From positions 197,346,001-197,410,000 of the forward strand of contig OZ024741.1 of the NCBI GenBank assembly GCA_964016885.1: a stretch of 64,000 nt of DNA, read 5' to 3'. Shown here one piece after another: positions 1-12,683 of the stretch. The stretch comes from Eledone cirrhosa. Its lineage: Eukaryota. The position numbers and the translations under genes are program-made. The first letter of the stretch is position 1. Each line of letters opens with the position of its first letter. The notes below the pieces were generated by a model. The model was not told the origin of the DNA, made no database searches, and saw nothing but the letters and a program-made list of their open reading frames with translations.

Positions 1-50
1 AGTAATTTGTTGCCTTTCTTTGTTATTGGTCATATTGTTGCGCAACTGAC

Positions 51-372
<322 letters not shown>

Positions 373-932
373 CAAACTCAAAGACAGAATTATTCACATG
401 ATTTTAATTTGTCCGTGTATTCAAGCATTTTCAGTTGTAAAGGGTTTGTCTAGGCACAGAACTTTGTCCACCCCCATATATGGTATCGTTTAAACACCAA
501 AATGTTATTAAAATCGGAACAATTGCTACGATTGGCAAAGCTTTACGTAAATAATCTACTAATATATAATTATTTCTACTTTTGGCACAAGGCCGGCGAC
601 TGACGAAGGAAAGGGTGATGACAAACTGACGAAGGAAGGGGTGATAACCAAACTCCATAAAACGGTGTTTGTGTGTGTGTGTGTGTGTGTATGTATAACG
701 AATTGGCTACACACATTGGTTGTTATGATTATGTGAATGTTTGTGTGTGTATATGTGCGTTTGTGTAAAATATAAATACATATATATAAGCAGACACACT
801 TAGAAAAATAATTATTACATACACACAGATCTATGTGATGAGTTGGAAGGAAGGGAGCTGTGGCAAAGTATAGAAAACAGCGAACAGCGTTCGTTACACC
901 TGTGTTACTCGTACATATAAATGTATACATAT

Positions 933-984
<52 letters not shown>

Positions 985-1377
985 CCATACTCTCTCACAC
1001 ACACATATACGCATACTTACACACACACACACACACACTTACACATACTCACACACATATATGTGTATGTAATAATTATTTTCTCTAATGAGTCTGTTTA
1101 TGTATGTTTGTGTAGATGTATGTGTATGTAAGAATTAGAGGAATAGAAGAGCAAGCCGCTCAGCTGAAAGATCTGCTGCCATCAGAAACCAAGACAGAAT
1201 TCGACAAGCACATCGCCGTGAACATGAAACTGATTTTGAAACTAATGCAAGAGAATATCACAGAGAAAGAGTTTCGCAAAGGATTGCAAACGAAACAAAA
1301 GAGACCATTCAAAGATGGCAAAGAAATACCAATGCAATGAGAGCTGCCCGTGTAAATGATGCAGGTTTTACACCTAA

Positions 1378-1630
1378 TAATTGTTTCTACTTTTTACACA
1401 AAGCCACCAATTACCCAGTACATTACTGGTATTTTATTTTATCGACCCCGTAAGCATGAAAGGCAAAGTTAACCTAATAATTGTTTCTACTTTTGGCACA
1501 AGGCCAGCAATTATCCCAGTGTATTACTAGTACTTTATTTTATCGACCCCGTAAGGATGAAAGGCAAAGATAACCTCGGCGGGATTTGAACTCAGAATGG
1601 CAAGGGCCGTAATTCTATGCGTCAAAGCAT
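1378..1630 (-). mobile_element. Two tandem 5'-truncated copies of a young tRNA-derived SINE inserted in the Helitron
   Basis: Reverse complement of the SINE 3' part (…gcctttcatccttacggggtcgataaaataaagtaccagtaat…gtagaaacaatt) appears twice. acctaataat precedes both copies. Confidence 0.92.
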
Positions 1631-2819
1631 AATGACACATATTCAGAAAACAGAGATCACATTCATAACTGTGGAAATATGGACTCCAATTGTTAGTTTT
1701 GCTCAGGAAAACATTTTTCTGCAGAGAAACCGTCAGATGGACGTTTTAATAATTGTTGTCACAAAGGCAACATTTTACGTACTATCAGAAGAGAATTTCC
1801 AGATATTTAGTTTCATTGTTAACTGATCAAAATCATCCACATCATAGGAATTTCAAAGAAAACTTTCAGTCATATAATTCATCACTATCATTCGCTTCAA
1901 CTGATGCTCAGAAGTAAAATCCGCCGGGAAAAGGCCTATTTTGTTTCCACGTACATGGACAAATTTACGACAGAACTTCACATATTCATCTAAATGAAGT
2001 GAAACGAAGACAATAGGCTTTATGTTGTAGACAGTGCCCAAGAAACAGAAATAAGAGCTCAGAATCACACCAATTCAGGTTGCCCCCAAGAAATGCTCGA
2101 AAATTTGAATAACATTATTCGTAGAGATAATGTGTATGCTCAGTCTTTTTAAACACTTCGTGAAATTGAAGTACAAGAAGAACAGCGTGCTCAAGAAGGA
2201 AACATTGATATGCCAAGTGTCAACTTAGTATTCAACAGAAACCGTAATACCGATAGAAGAAGATACGATTTGCCAACAGTCAATGAAATTGCTATTATAT
2301 TCAGAAACGAAGAAGGCGAACCACCATTTCATAGAGATTTTAAAGTATATCCAAGGAACTCCGAGGCCCCTACTATAAATCTCAACATCTTGAGCCCAAT
2401 GTTTGATCCAATGACGTACGTATTGTTTTCCCCACATTGTGAACCACGGTGACAACCAAACATGACTGGAAATCGTGATGACTAACAACGACAAAACATT
2501 TCAATGCTTCAAAATAAAATATCTTGAACTGCTGTAAGGGATAATGAATTAAATCCCCTTTTGCATGGAGGAAAACTTTTTCAACAGTGGGTTGTAGATT
2601 CTCACTTACAATTGAAGCTAACAATTTAAATTACATACGAACACAACAAAACAATCTGAAAGTGGAACAATATCAAGGACTCACTAACCATTTAGCTAAA
2701 TGCAGCAAATACTGAAAATGCTCGAATCGGATGGACAGTCATTCTTCCATCATCATTCCAAGGATCAGCAAGACATATGAGAGAGCGATACCAAGATGCA
2801 TTAGCAATTGTAAGAAAAT

Positions 2820-3460
2820 TTGGTCCACCTGGTATATTTTTTTACAATGACATGCAACCCTAGGTACAAAACAACCTTTTTTCCAGCTTCCAGTAGACCA
2901 GATTTAATGGCTCGGGTGTTCAATATTAATTTGCAGGAACTAATAATTGATGCAACAAAAATACGTGTGATTCGCCGAGTTGTCGCACATTGTTACATCA
3001 TAGAATTTCAGACGAGAGGACTGCCACACGTCTATTTATTATTAATATTTCATCCAGAAGATAAACCAAACTCAACTGAAAGATTTGGCAAAATTGTGTG
3101 TGCTGAAATTCCTGACCCAGAGACACAACCAGTACTATATGAAATTGTTAAGAAATGATTCATGGTCTTTGTGGTGAGCAAAACCCTAATGCGCCATGCA
3201 TGGAAAATAACAACTGCTCAAAAGGCTTTCCCAAACAATTTCAACTGGAAACCTTTAAAACAAAGTTATCTATCTTACAGAAGATGTCCGGGTTCAACAT
3301 TAAACATTGGTTAGAAAATAGTGGACAACCGATATGGTGTACCTTATAACAAATATCTAAGTCACAAATACAACTGCCACGCCAATGTAGAAATTTGCGC
3401 CTTCATCCGCTCCGTGAAATATGTGTATAAATACTTATATATACAAAGGCTATGATTCCA
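2820..3460 (+). pseudogene. Helitron Rep (HUH endonuclease) domain, frameshifted
   Basis: Motif 1 FFTMTCNP, motif 2 [37 protein letters not shown], and motif 3 SVKY..YIYKGYD, split across frames. Confidence 0.92.
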
Positions 3461-4349
3461 TAACCGTAGGCATCAGCGAAGCAACTGACAGCAATGACAT
3501 AATTCAGGATGAAATCACGAATTTTCTAGATGCCAGATATGTGGGTGTTCCAGAAGGAATATGGAGATTGCTTGAATTCAAAATGTATGACAAGTCCCAC
3601 GCAATTATTCACCTTCCTGTTCATCTCCAGCAGGAACAGCCCGTCTATTTTGAGAAGGGACAAGAAAGACGAGCGCTAGAAAGAGCTGTGCAACGCAACA
3701 CTCCTCTAGCAGCAAGGTTCTTGCTCAACCCAAATGATGAAAATGCAAGACAATTATATGTAGACATTCTTTATCATTATGTCTACAATAAGAAAACGAC
3801 GAAGTGGACCCCCAAACAATGCGGAGCTGACAAAATCATGAGTGGAATGTATTCTGTCAATCCCAAGGATCAGGAAAGATTTTACATGAGACTTTTGTTG
3901 CTGCACATTAAAGGAGCTCGAAGTTTCGAAGAACTGAAAACCGTGGATGAGTTCATATGCGGCAGCTATAAAGAAGCAACAGAGCGCCGGCAGTTGGTTC
4001 AAAATGACAATGAGTGGAGAAAATGCTTAGAAAAGGCTTCTTCGACAAATATGCCAAAGCAGCTCCGGCAGTTGTTTGCACTCATTTGTATTTTCAGTAA
4101 TCCAGTCAATCCTGACATCCTGTTCAACCAGTTTGAAGAAAGTTTGACTGAAGACTTCCTTAGACATGACACTAGAAAAATCTCAATACAACTGGCTTTA
4201 CGAGAAATTGAAACAACATTGTCCTTCCAAGGCTTGACATGCCAAGAGTTGCATCTTCCGATTGTTGATATGCCTTTGATGAATGCCCAGATTGTAGAAC
4301 AAAACCAGAACGACCTTGGAGTAGTAGCACAAATTACCTCTTTGACAAA

Positions 4350-6067
4350 CAATCAGCGTCGTGTGTTTGATAAAATTGTCACAGTTATTGAGGAAGAACA
4401 CCGACCCAGCAGAATTTTCTTCTTAGATGGCCCTGGAGGTACAGGAAAAATGTACCCCTGCAATACCTTTATATCGCATTTGAGTCATCAAGGAAAGCGA
4501 GTTCTTTCATTTGCTACAACAGTCATTGCGGCTGATCTATTGCACCAAGGAAGAACTGTACACAGTGGCTTTAAACTCCCAGTCTTGGAAAATTCTACAT
4601 CACTAATGAAGATTCCATCACAGCGTTCTGAAAAATTAAAATTAGCTGACCTAATAATCATTGATGAGGCATCAATGCTTTCAGAAAAAGCATTGAGGTG
4701 CATTGACCTACTGATAAAGGAAATAATTGTTTCTACTGTTGGCACAAGGCCAGCAATTACGCAGTACATTACTGGTACTTTATTTTATCGACCCCGTAAG
4801 GATGAAAGGCAAAGTTAACCACGGCGGGATTTGAACTCAGTCCGTAAAGGGACGTAACTGTGCTGCAAAGCATGGCGTCGGACCCTCTACCGATACTGCC
4901 AATCCACCACCCTAAAGGAAATAATTGTTTCTACGTTAGGCACAAGGCCAGCAATTACCCAGTGCATTACTGGTACTTTATTTTATCGACCCCGTAAGGA
5001 TGAAAGGCAAAGTTAACCTCGGCGGGATTTGAACTCAGAATGGAAAGGGCCGTAACTCTAAGGAAATAATTAACTGCCATAAGCCTTTTGCCGGTAAAGT
5101 TCTCCTTCTTGGGGACTTTAGGCAAACTGCACCGGTTATTCCGAGAGTGTCAAATGCTGATATAATTGAATCTTCTATTAAATATTCTCCTCTGTGGACA
5201 GATGTGACAATTGTTACTTTAACTGAGAATATGCAAATAAATGGACAACAAGAATTCAACACATGGCTTCTTAGCATAGGAAATGGAACAGTCACTAATG
5301 ATGTGGGCTTAGATAAAGATCTAATAGAAATACCTGAAATCATGATTTCATCTGGAAATTTGATAAGAAACGTATTTGGGTACGACATTTCTGTCGTAGG
5401 TATCGGTGATATTGATGAAATTTCGACAAAAATTATTTTAACACCAAAAAAACAAAGATTCAATCGAACTGAACACCAAGATATTATCACTTCTGGATGG
5501 AGACTTATAGATATATCAAAGTGTTGATGTGTTGGTTGATGAAAGTGATGAGTATATCATGAATTATCCAGAAGAGCTTTTGAATTCTCTGATGCCGCCA
5601 GGCTTGCCCCCGTACAATCTAACACTGAAGAAAAATTCCATTGTGATTTTGCTGAGAAATTTGGATCCCGCTAATGGCTTGCTGAACGCTACTCAATTTT
5701 TGGTTTTATCTTCTAATGAATTTTATGTTCATGCAAAAATCATTACTGGCAATAAAAAAGGAAATGAAGCTTTCATTACTACGTCCGAGTGAAACAGATC
5801 TACCCTTCAACATGAGCAGACGACAGTTCCCTGTGATACCAGCTTTTTCCATGACCATAAACAAATCGCAAGGAAAGAGCTTCGAAAAAGTTGGTATTTT
5901 ACTTACCAGCGCTCGTATTTAGTCACAGCCAGCTTTATGTCGTCTTAATTCGTAGGAGAAGGAAGGAAAACTTAAAAATTCTTTTGAAGGAAACAAGCAG
6001 TCAAGGCATGTTAGTTGCGGATAGAGTTTTCACAAAACATTTTGTAATAAAAGAATTATTAAACTAA
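4350..6067 (+). pseudogene. Helitron PIF1-family helicase, interrupted by two SINEs and frameshifts
   Basis: Walker A FLDGPGGTGK, GRTVHSGFKLP, Walker B IIIDEASM, PFAGKVLLLGDFRQ after the SINEs, [41 protein letters not shown]. Confidence 0.93.
4726..5058 (-). mobile_element. Full-length SINE (4726-4912) plus truncated SINE (4924-5058) at one target site
   Basis: Target sequence ta(a)aggaaataat occurs three times (4715, 4913, 5059). Pol III box A (tggcagtatcggtaga) and box B (gagttcaaatcc) are on the minus strand. Confidence 0.95.
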
Positions 6068-6235
6068 AGACTTGGTTTTGTACCATTTTTATATATAAAA
6101 TATTACAATTAGGCGTCATTTTTGACGGGACGGGGCCAGCTAGTTGTATATAATCTAATAGCTATTCCTTGTTCTAATTCGTAAATAAACTTGTTGAACG
6201 AAGTCTTGTTTGAAGTGAGCTCTTCCCGGAGTTTT

Positions 6236-6336
6236 ATATGTATGTATGTATGTAAGTATGTATGTATGAATGTATGCATGTATGTATGTATGTACGTACG
6301 TACCTACGTATGTATGTATGTATGTATGTATGTATG

Positions 6337-6370
<34 letters not shown>

Positions 6371-6472
6371 TGTATGTATGTATGTACGTATGTACGTATG
6401 TATGTGTGTATGTGTATGTACATAAGTGTGTGTGTGTATATGCATGTATGTAGTATGTATGCACGCGTGTAT
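6236..6472. repeat. (TATG)n microsatellite
   Basis: Direct reading. Confidence 0.95.
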
Positions 6473-6949
6473 GTTGCTTAGGTATTTTTTTCAAATTTCT
6501 CACCAATGGAGAAAGAGAAGGTTTCCAACTTCAAAGCAAGTCTCTTTGACTGAAATTTAGACATAAACTCGGTATATATTAATATATGTAGATATGTATG
6601 TATGTGTGCAAAAATAGTTTTCATTGTGTATGTGCATCTTTATATCTTAACTTATATATGTATACATATGTTCGTATCTATATCTTTATACGCAAAACCT
6701 CTTGTATGTTTTACATATTTTCATAATGTCATGAATTAGTTTTTGTGAAGCCTAGATTTTCTGAATTAGTTTTTGTGAAGCCTAGATTTTCAAGATTACT
6801 GTTGAACAGGTGCACAAGCAAGTGCCACAATAGTTACAGGTAGAAATTTAAAGCTATAGTTATAAGCATCTTTACTCGTTTAGATAAAGGAACAAGGAAA
6901 ATTCCATTTCCTTCTTCCAATTTATCTCGAAACTCAGAGAAAAAAAATA

Positions 6950-7147
6950 GTTTTTAATGTATGCACAATGCCTGCAATTTGGGGAAGGGTTAGTCGATTA
7001 AACTGATCCCAGTATTTGCCTGATACGTTATTTCGTCGACCTGGGAAGGATGAACGGCAAAGTTGACCTCGGTGTGATTTGAATTCTGTATCTAAATGCC
7101 GCAAACATTTTGTCTGGCGCTCTGACGAATCTGCCAATCCTCCGCCA
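6950..7147 (-). mobile_element. Older tRNA-derived SINE subfamily
   Basis: Diverged ggcggaggattggcagattcg…gaattcaaatcacaccgaggtcaactttgccgttcatcc… with a different 3' tail. Same subfamily at ~41500-41660 (-) and ~53545-53680 (+). Confidence 0.8.
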
Positions 7148-7199
7148 TAATGGGGCTAATAATAACTCATTAAAGTTTATCTATGCTATTAATATTACC

Positions 7200-7545
7200 T
7201 GAGATTGTGAGGTTATTATCCTTGTACAACCCAGGAATATGGGAGGAAGGTGACTTTATAAATGTGACAAAGATAAATAATCCATATCACCTCAGTACCA
7301 TCAATCTCGATGGAAACAAAGGGTCACACACATACTTCATCCTGTAGGAATCGATGTTGTATAACACTTAATTTCTATCCAACGTCCAAGTCAGAGAATG
7401 GATGTGGGTGTAGATGGATAAAAGTTGACGATGTCGAAATGAGGAAATAGAGAAGTTATTATATTTTCAATGATGTAAGACCATTTCCTTCGTTTCGGTA
7501 GGATTGTATGTAAATGGGTTGAACCGATAAGAACTACTTTATTAA
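7200..7545 (-). pseudogene. Degenerate Penelope-like RT fragment
   Basis: Minus-strand FDIVNFYPS, then DGTEV..GLFI-like remnants matching the PLE motifs FDIxDFYPSI and MGSxDGAEVCELVGLFIL. Confidence 0.5.
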
Positions 7546-7883
7546 TGTTCTTCTGACGCCCCCCCCCCCCAAAAAAAAAACCCCAAACAAAACAAAACAA
7601 AACAAACAACAACAACAAAACAACAACAAAAAACAAACAGAAATATATAACTCTCGAAATTGTCAGATAATCAGGCGGGTTATTCACCACGTGTATGAAA
7701 CACCAAGCAACAATGGAATGAATCAACATGTACATTCACACACACATACATGCATTCATACGTACATACACACACACACGCACACACACACACACACACA
7801 GATATATATATATATATATATATTAAGCACGAAAGAGATAGATATATATATAGAGGAAACGAGCGAGAGAGAGACATATATAT

Positions 7884-7950
<67 letters not shown>

Positions 7951-8255
7951 GGGAAAGGGGGAGACAGAAATGTATAAATATATAATACGCACGTACAAAG
8001 TGAAGAATGTTTTACCTTGAAGTTGATGGTTTAAAGAAGAATGGAATTGAAATTTTCGATTCATCTCAAAGAGGAAAGCTAGAGAGGAACGGTAGATAAA
8101 GAAACCTGAAAGGAATTGGATTTTATTATTACTTCATTGTCATAAGAATTGTCTTATTTGCCTTTAGAGTAAATACGAAAGAATGAATTAAGATAGTAGA
8201 GTGGGGCGAAAGGATCATATTATCTGAAGGCACACACACACACACACGCACACGG

Positions 8256-8347
<92 letters not shown>

Positions 8348-8739
8348 GTGTGTGTGTGTGCATATACGTGTGTGTGTGTGTAAGTATATACGTGTGTATA
8401 TGCTTATGTATGTTTACAGAGAGAATACATTTGATAAAGCGAGAGTTAATGAACAAACATAAGTGAAACGAGAGATTGCTATAACAAGTGAGAGAGAGAG
8501 AGAGAAAGAGATAGAGTGAGAGGCCGAGCAGAGGGAACTGTGGTGCCACACTCGACAGCTTTCAAAGAAAGAAATGAATCAGAAACGTTTCTATTTGTGT
8601 ACGTATACGTGTATACCTTTGTTGATGAGTTTATGTAATTGTAAATACAAGCATATGTAAATATGCGAGTATATGTATTGTGTGCGTATAACTGTGTACA
8701 AAAGTGTGTGTATATATGTATATGTATATATATATATAT

Positions 8740-9224
8740 GTGAAAAAATGGGGAGAAGAATACTGCAGGTTGCACATGGATAACATGTAATAAAATGAGT
8801 CCCTCATCAGTGATTTGCCGACGATCATAGATATTTCATTGCATTAAAAATCATATACCTCACGTCGGTGCAATAATAACTAAATTAAGTTATTAGGACA
8901 ATTAAAACGCGTAAAGCGAGTGAGACAAGATAACAACAAAGAGGAGAGCTAACCGTAGAGAGGAAGGGAACAAGCTACATAGTTATTCTGTTAGCATAAG
9001 CTAGGTGAATATATGAACACTTAGAAAAAAGACCTTTCGGGATGAATCCAAATGTGAGAAAGAGAGAAAATGTTTTCGTCGCGAACGGAGTGAAGTGAGA
9101 AGGGGAGAAACAGTGAGTAAGTGAGTGGAAGTGTGAGGAAGAGTTAACTGACATGACAGAGGGGGCGAAAGAAAGTAGGAGAAACAGAGAGAACGAGGGA
9201 GCAGTAAGAGAGAGAGAGAGAGAA

Positions 9225-9225
<1 letters not shown>
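8740..9225 (-). mobile_element. Diverged single member of the 634-bp hammerhead-bearing repeat family
   Basis: 8795-8875 aligns without gaps to the ribozyme-like core of the 10.7-12.7 kb repeats. The flanks are similar (tgca.atgga…; GA-rich body) and it ends at (TA)n. Confidence 0.75.
8797..8875 (-). ncRNA. Putative permuted/pseudoknotted hammerhead ribozyme (copy B)
   Basis: Minus strand reads attgca ccgacg tg aggtat a tgatttt taatgcaat GAAA tatct atgat cgtcgg caaatca CTGATGA gggactc. Helices covary with copy A. Confidence 0.6.
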
Positions 9226-9267
<42 letters not shown>

Positions 9268-9269
<2 letters not shown>

Positions 9270-10361
9270 AGGGCGGGTAAAATTCCCGAGATCCATGGAC
9301 GAGTTCTCTCCAGCGGTCTCTGTCCCTCATTATCGCTGCCATGTCCTGCGTCTCCAACAGACCAGTGTCTGTCCTTAGGGCATCAACATACGTTAACCTT
9401 GGTCTTCCTATTCCAGTGTGTCCATGTAGGGGCTCCCACAGGAGAACTGGGTGCAACGTCAACTCTGGATGTCGGTGAGCATGTCCAGCTAATCTCAGTC
9501 TCCTCTGTGTCACTTTTGAGCTGACTTTGGGAGGCTCCCATACAGCTCTGAGTTTTTCATCCTCAGTGTATACTGATTAATGTTCAGAGCCATCCTCAGC
9601 ATTCTCGTGTAGCACCCATCCACCATCTGAGTGAGTTTCTTGGTCAGTGTCCAAGTCTCAGGCCCGTACAACAGCACAGACTCCACTACAGCAACGAAGA
9701 GGCGGATTTTCAGGTCTTTACGAAGGTCCGACTTTCACACCGATCTCAAGATGTGGCACGCCGCCCAGGCTTTGCGTTTCCTCTCAACCACATCATCTTC
9801 CGTATTCCCAATCTTTGCTCCCAAATACAGGAAGTCCTCAACCAATTCTAGCGGCTTCCCGCCTACATTAGTGATCCCCTCTGGCTTCTCAACATTCTCT
9901 ACCAGATATTTTGTTTTAGTCTCATTCATTCTCAGCCCCACACTCATCGACACAGTTTCAACCTCCTGCATCAAATCCTCTGCCTCCTTCACTGTATTTG
10001 TCACCAAAACTATGTCGTCGGCAAATTCAGCATCCGATATCTTTTTCGCCTTAACTCTCCTGCTCTGAGCCGGTGCTACAGTAAAGCCAGAGTCCTGGTG
10101 TTTCTCCAGTGCAAGGCGCATACAATAGTCCACTACGATGATAAAAAGGTAGGGAGCCAATGTATCTCCCTGGAGCACTCCAGCCAGTATCTCAAAGAAC
10201 TCTGTCATCCCATCAGGTGTAATGACTTGGGCTTTGGTGTTGGTGTAGAGCAGTGATATCAGGTCCACTATCTTCTTGGGGATTCCATAGGCCTGTAATA
10301 TTTGCATTAGGCAGTGACGGTCCACAGAATCAAAGGCCTTCCTAAAGTCAATGAAAACCAT
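9268..10361 (-). mobile_element. 5'-truncated RTE-group LINE in (TA)n, one premature stop
   Basis: FIDFRKAFDSV, GVLQGDTLAPYLF, EFADDIVL, FLYLG. The TGA at 9735-9737 is TGG in the 56 kb copy. The frame continues ESVLLYGPETW…GRPRLTYVD…DRDRWR…FYPP*. (TA)n lies on both sides. Confidence 0.93.
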
Positions 10362-10427
<66 letters not shown>

Positions 10428-10431
<4 letters not shown>

Positions 10432-10612
10432 GTAGAACACTGGAAGGTAATATCCGTAGTGGTAGAGCACTCAGTCCATGGTAAAAGTGGTTACACAACA
10501 GTTAGTTCACCATACCGAGAACAATTGTTTCATCTCGTAATGCCGAGCTGAGGATCCGCTAAGGTGAAACAATTGTTCTCGGTTACACAACTAACTGTTG
10601 TGTAGCCACTTC
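10428..10612. mobile_element. Penelope pLTR-derived fold-back fragment
   Basis: Inverted repeat aagtggttacacaacagttagtt…ccgagaacaattgtttca / tgaaacaattgttctcgg…aactaactgttgtgtagccactt. Shares gtagagcactcagtc with the 3' end of the PLE at 14.9 kb. Confidence 0.75.
10542..10583 (+). ncRNA. Minimal type I hammerhead ribozyme (PLE-associated)
   Basis: gccgag CTGAGGA tcc-gctaa-ggt GAAAC aatt GTT ctcggt. Stem I is gccgag/ctcggt, stem III is the palindromic CAAUUG, and the cleavage triplet is GUU. Stem II is weak. Confidence 0.7.
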
Positions 10613-10678
<66 letters not shown>

Positions 10679-10682
<4 letters not shown>

Positions 10683-12683
10683 AATAATGGAGCTGCGGCG
10701 TTGCAAATGGGATACATATGAAAAAGTGAGTCCTTCATCAGTGACCCTCCAACCGTCCCAGGCATTTCATCGCTTTAAGGGCCATATACCTCAGGTTGGT
10801 GCGAACAACGGCTAAAAAAAGTCGTTGGGACACGTAAATAAAGAGAACGTTAGGGTGAACAAACAAAATGGTTTAGGCAACAGAAAGTGAGAAGAAAGAG
10901 ACAAGTCCCATATTTCTATGAATATAAACTCGATAAAACCGTGAACTAGAGAATAAAGACCATCAAACATGGTTGAAATGTGAGCGAGGAAGGAATTTCG
11001 CACAGGTCTAACGGAGGGGAAGAAGAAGGGGTCTGGTCTGCGAATTCGGTAAACATAAGTTCTGTGAAGACGCAGACGAGAGAGAGAGAGAAAAAAAATT
11101 TTTTTTTCATACCGGCTTGGCCAAGAGTGCGCGAGAAAAGAAATCGGACAGGTCAAGCGGGAAGAAAGAGGAGATGAGGAGAGGCAGTGACAGGGTATGA
11201 GTGAGTGAAAGTTGAGGAAGAGGCTAACAGAGAGAGAGAGACTGCTAGAAAGGGTAAAGATACAAAGAACGAAACAGACGGGTGGCAGCAGAGGAAAAAA
11301 TATGTGTAAATATGATAATAATGGAGCTGCGGCGTTGCAAATGGGATACATATGAAAAAGTGAGTCCTTCATCAGTGACCCTCCAACCGTCCCAGGCATT
11401 TCATCGCTTTAAGGGCCATATACATCAGGTTGGTGCGAACAACGGCTAAAAAAAGTCGTTGGGACACGTAAATAAAGAGAACGTTAGGGTGAACAAACAA
11501 AATGGTTTAGGCAACAGAAAGTGAGAAGAAAGAGACAAGTCCCAGATTTCTATGAATATAAACTCGATAAAACCGTGAACTAGAGAATAAAGACCATCAA
11601 ACCTGGTTGAAATGTGAGCGAGGAAGGAATTTCGCACAGGTCTAACGGAGGGGAAGAAGAAGGGGTCTGGTCTGCGAATTCGGTAAACATAAGTTCTGTG
11701 AAGACGCAGACGAGAGAGAGAGAGAAAAAAATCGCAGACCAGACCCCTTCTTCTTCCCCTCCGTTAGACCTGTGCGAAATTCCTTCCTCGCTCACATTTC
11801 AACCAGGTTTGATGGTCTTTATTCTCTAGTTCACGGTTTTATCGAGTTTATATTCATAGAAATCTGGGACTTGTCTCTTTCTTCTCACTTTCTGTTGCCT
11901 AAACCATTTTGTTTGTTCACCCTAACGTTCTCTTTATTTACGTGTCCCAACGACTTTTTTTAGCCGTTGTTCGCACCAACCTGATGTATATGGCCCTTAA
12001 AGCGATGAAATGCCTGGGACGGTTGGAGGGTCACTGATGAAGGACTCACTTTTTCATATGTATCCCATTTGCAACGCCGCAGCTCCATTATTATCATATT
12101 TACACATATTTTTTCCTCTGCTGCCACCCGTCTGTTTCGTTCTTTGTATCTTTACCCTTTCTAGCAGTCTCTCTCTCTCTGTTAGCCTCTTCCTCAACTT
12201 TCACTCACTCATACCCTGTCACTGCCTCTCCTCCTCTCCTCTTTCTTCCCGCTTGACCTGTCCGATTTCTTTTCTCGCGCACTCTTGGCCAAGCCGGTAT
12301 GAACAATTTTTTTTTTCTCTCTCTCTCTCGTCTGCGTCTTCACAGAACTTATGTTTACCGAATTCGCAGACCAGACCCCTTCTTCTTCCCGTCCGTTAGA
12401 CCTGTGCGAAATTCCTTCCTCGCTCACATTTCAACCAGGTTTGATGGTCTTTATTCTCTAGTTCACGGTTTTATCAAGTTTATATTCATAGAAATCTGGG
12501 ACTTGTCTCTTTCTTCTCACTTTCTGTTGCCTAAACCATTTTGTTTGTTCACCCTAACGTTCTCTTTATTTACGTGTCCCAACGACTTTTTTTAGCCGTT
12601 GTTCGCACCAACCTGAGGTATATGGCCCTTAAAGCGATGAAATGCCTGGGACGGTTGGAGGGTCACTGATGAAGGACTCACTT

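Larger units (their letters stand above)
1140..6143 (+). mobile_element. Decayed autonomous Helitron (RepHel) with intact 3' terminus
   Basis: R/E-rich N-terminal repeats (RRASRSAERSAAIRNQDRIRQAHRREHET, ~1145-1330), a Zn-finger-like C*FC..HFSAE..FNNCCHKG (~1690-1770), then Rep and helicase motifs downstream. The 3' end has a cgtca-ttttt-tgacg hairpin (6114-6127) followed by CTAG|T (6140-6143). The 5' TC end was not located. Confidence 0.93.

Noticed and set aside
3421-4818. 465-aa ORF as a functional helicase gene
   Set aside because: It is a fragment of a frameshifted Helitron ORF. Its C-terminus (IVSTVGTRPAITQY…) is read-through into an antisense SINE.
10812-12595. 195-aa and 129-aa ORFs in the 634-bp repeat
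   Set aside because: Low-complexity F/L/S composition from CT-rich DNA, frameshifted between near-identical copies. Substitutions versus the 8.8 kb copy fit RNA pairing rather than codon conservation.
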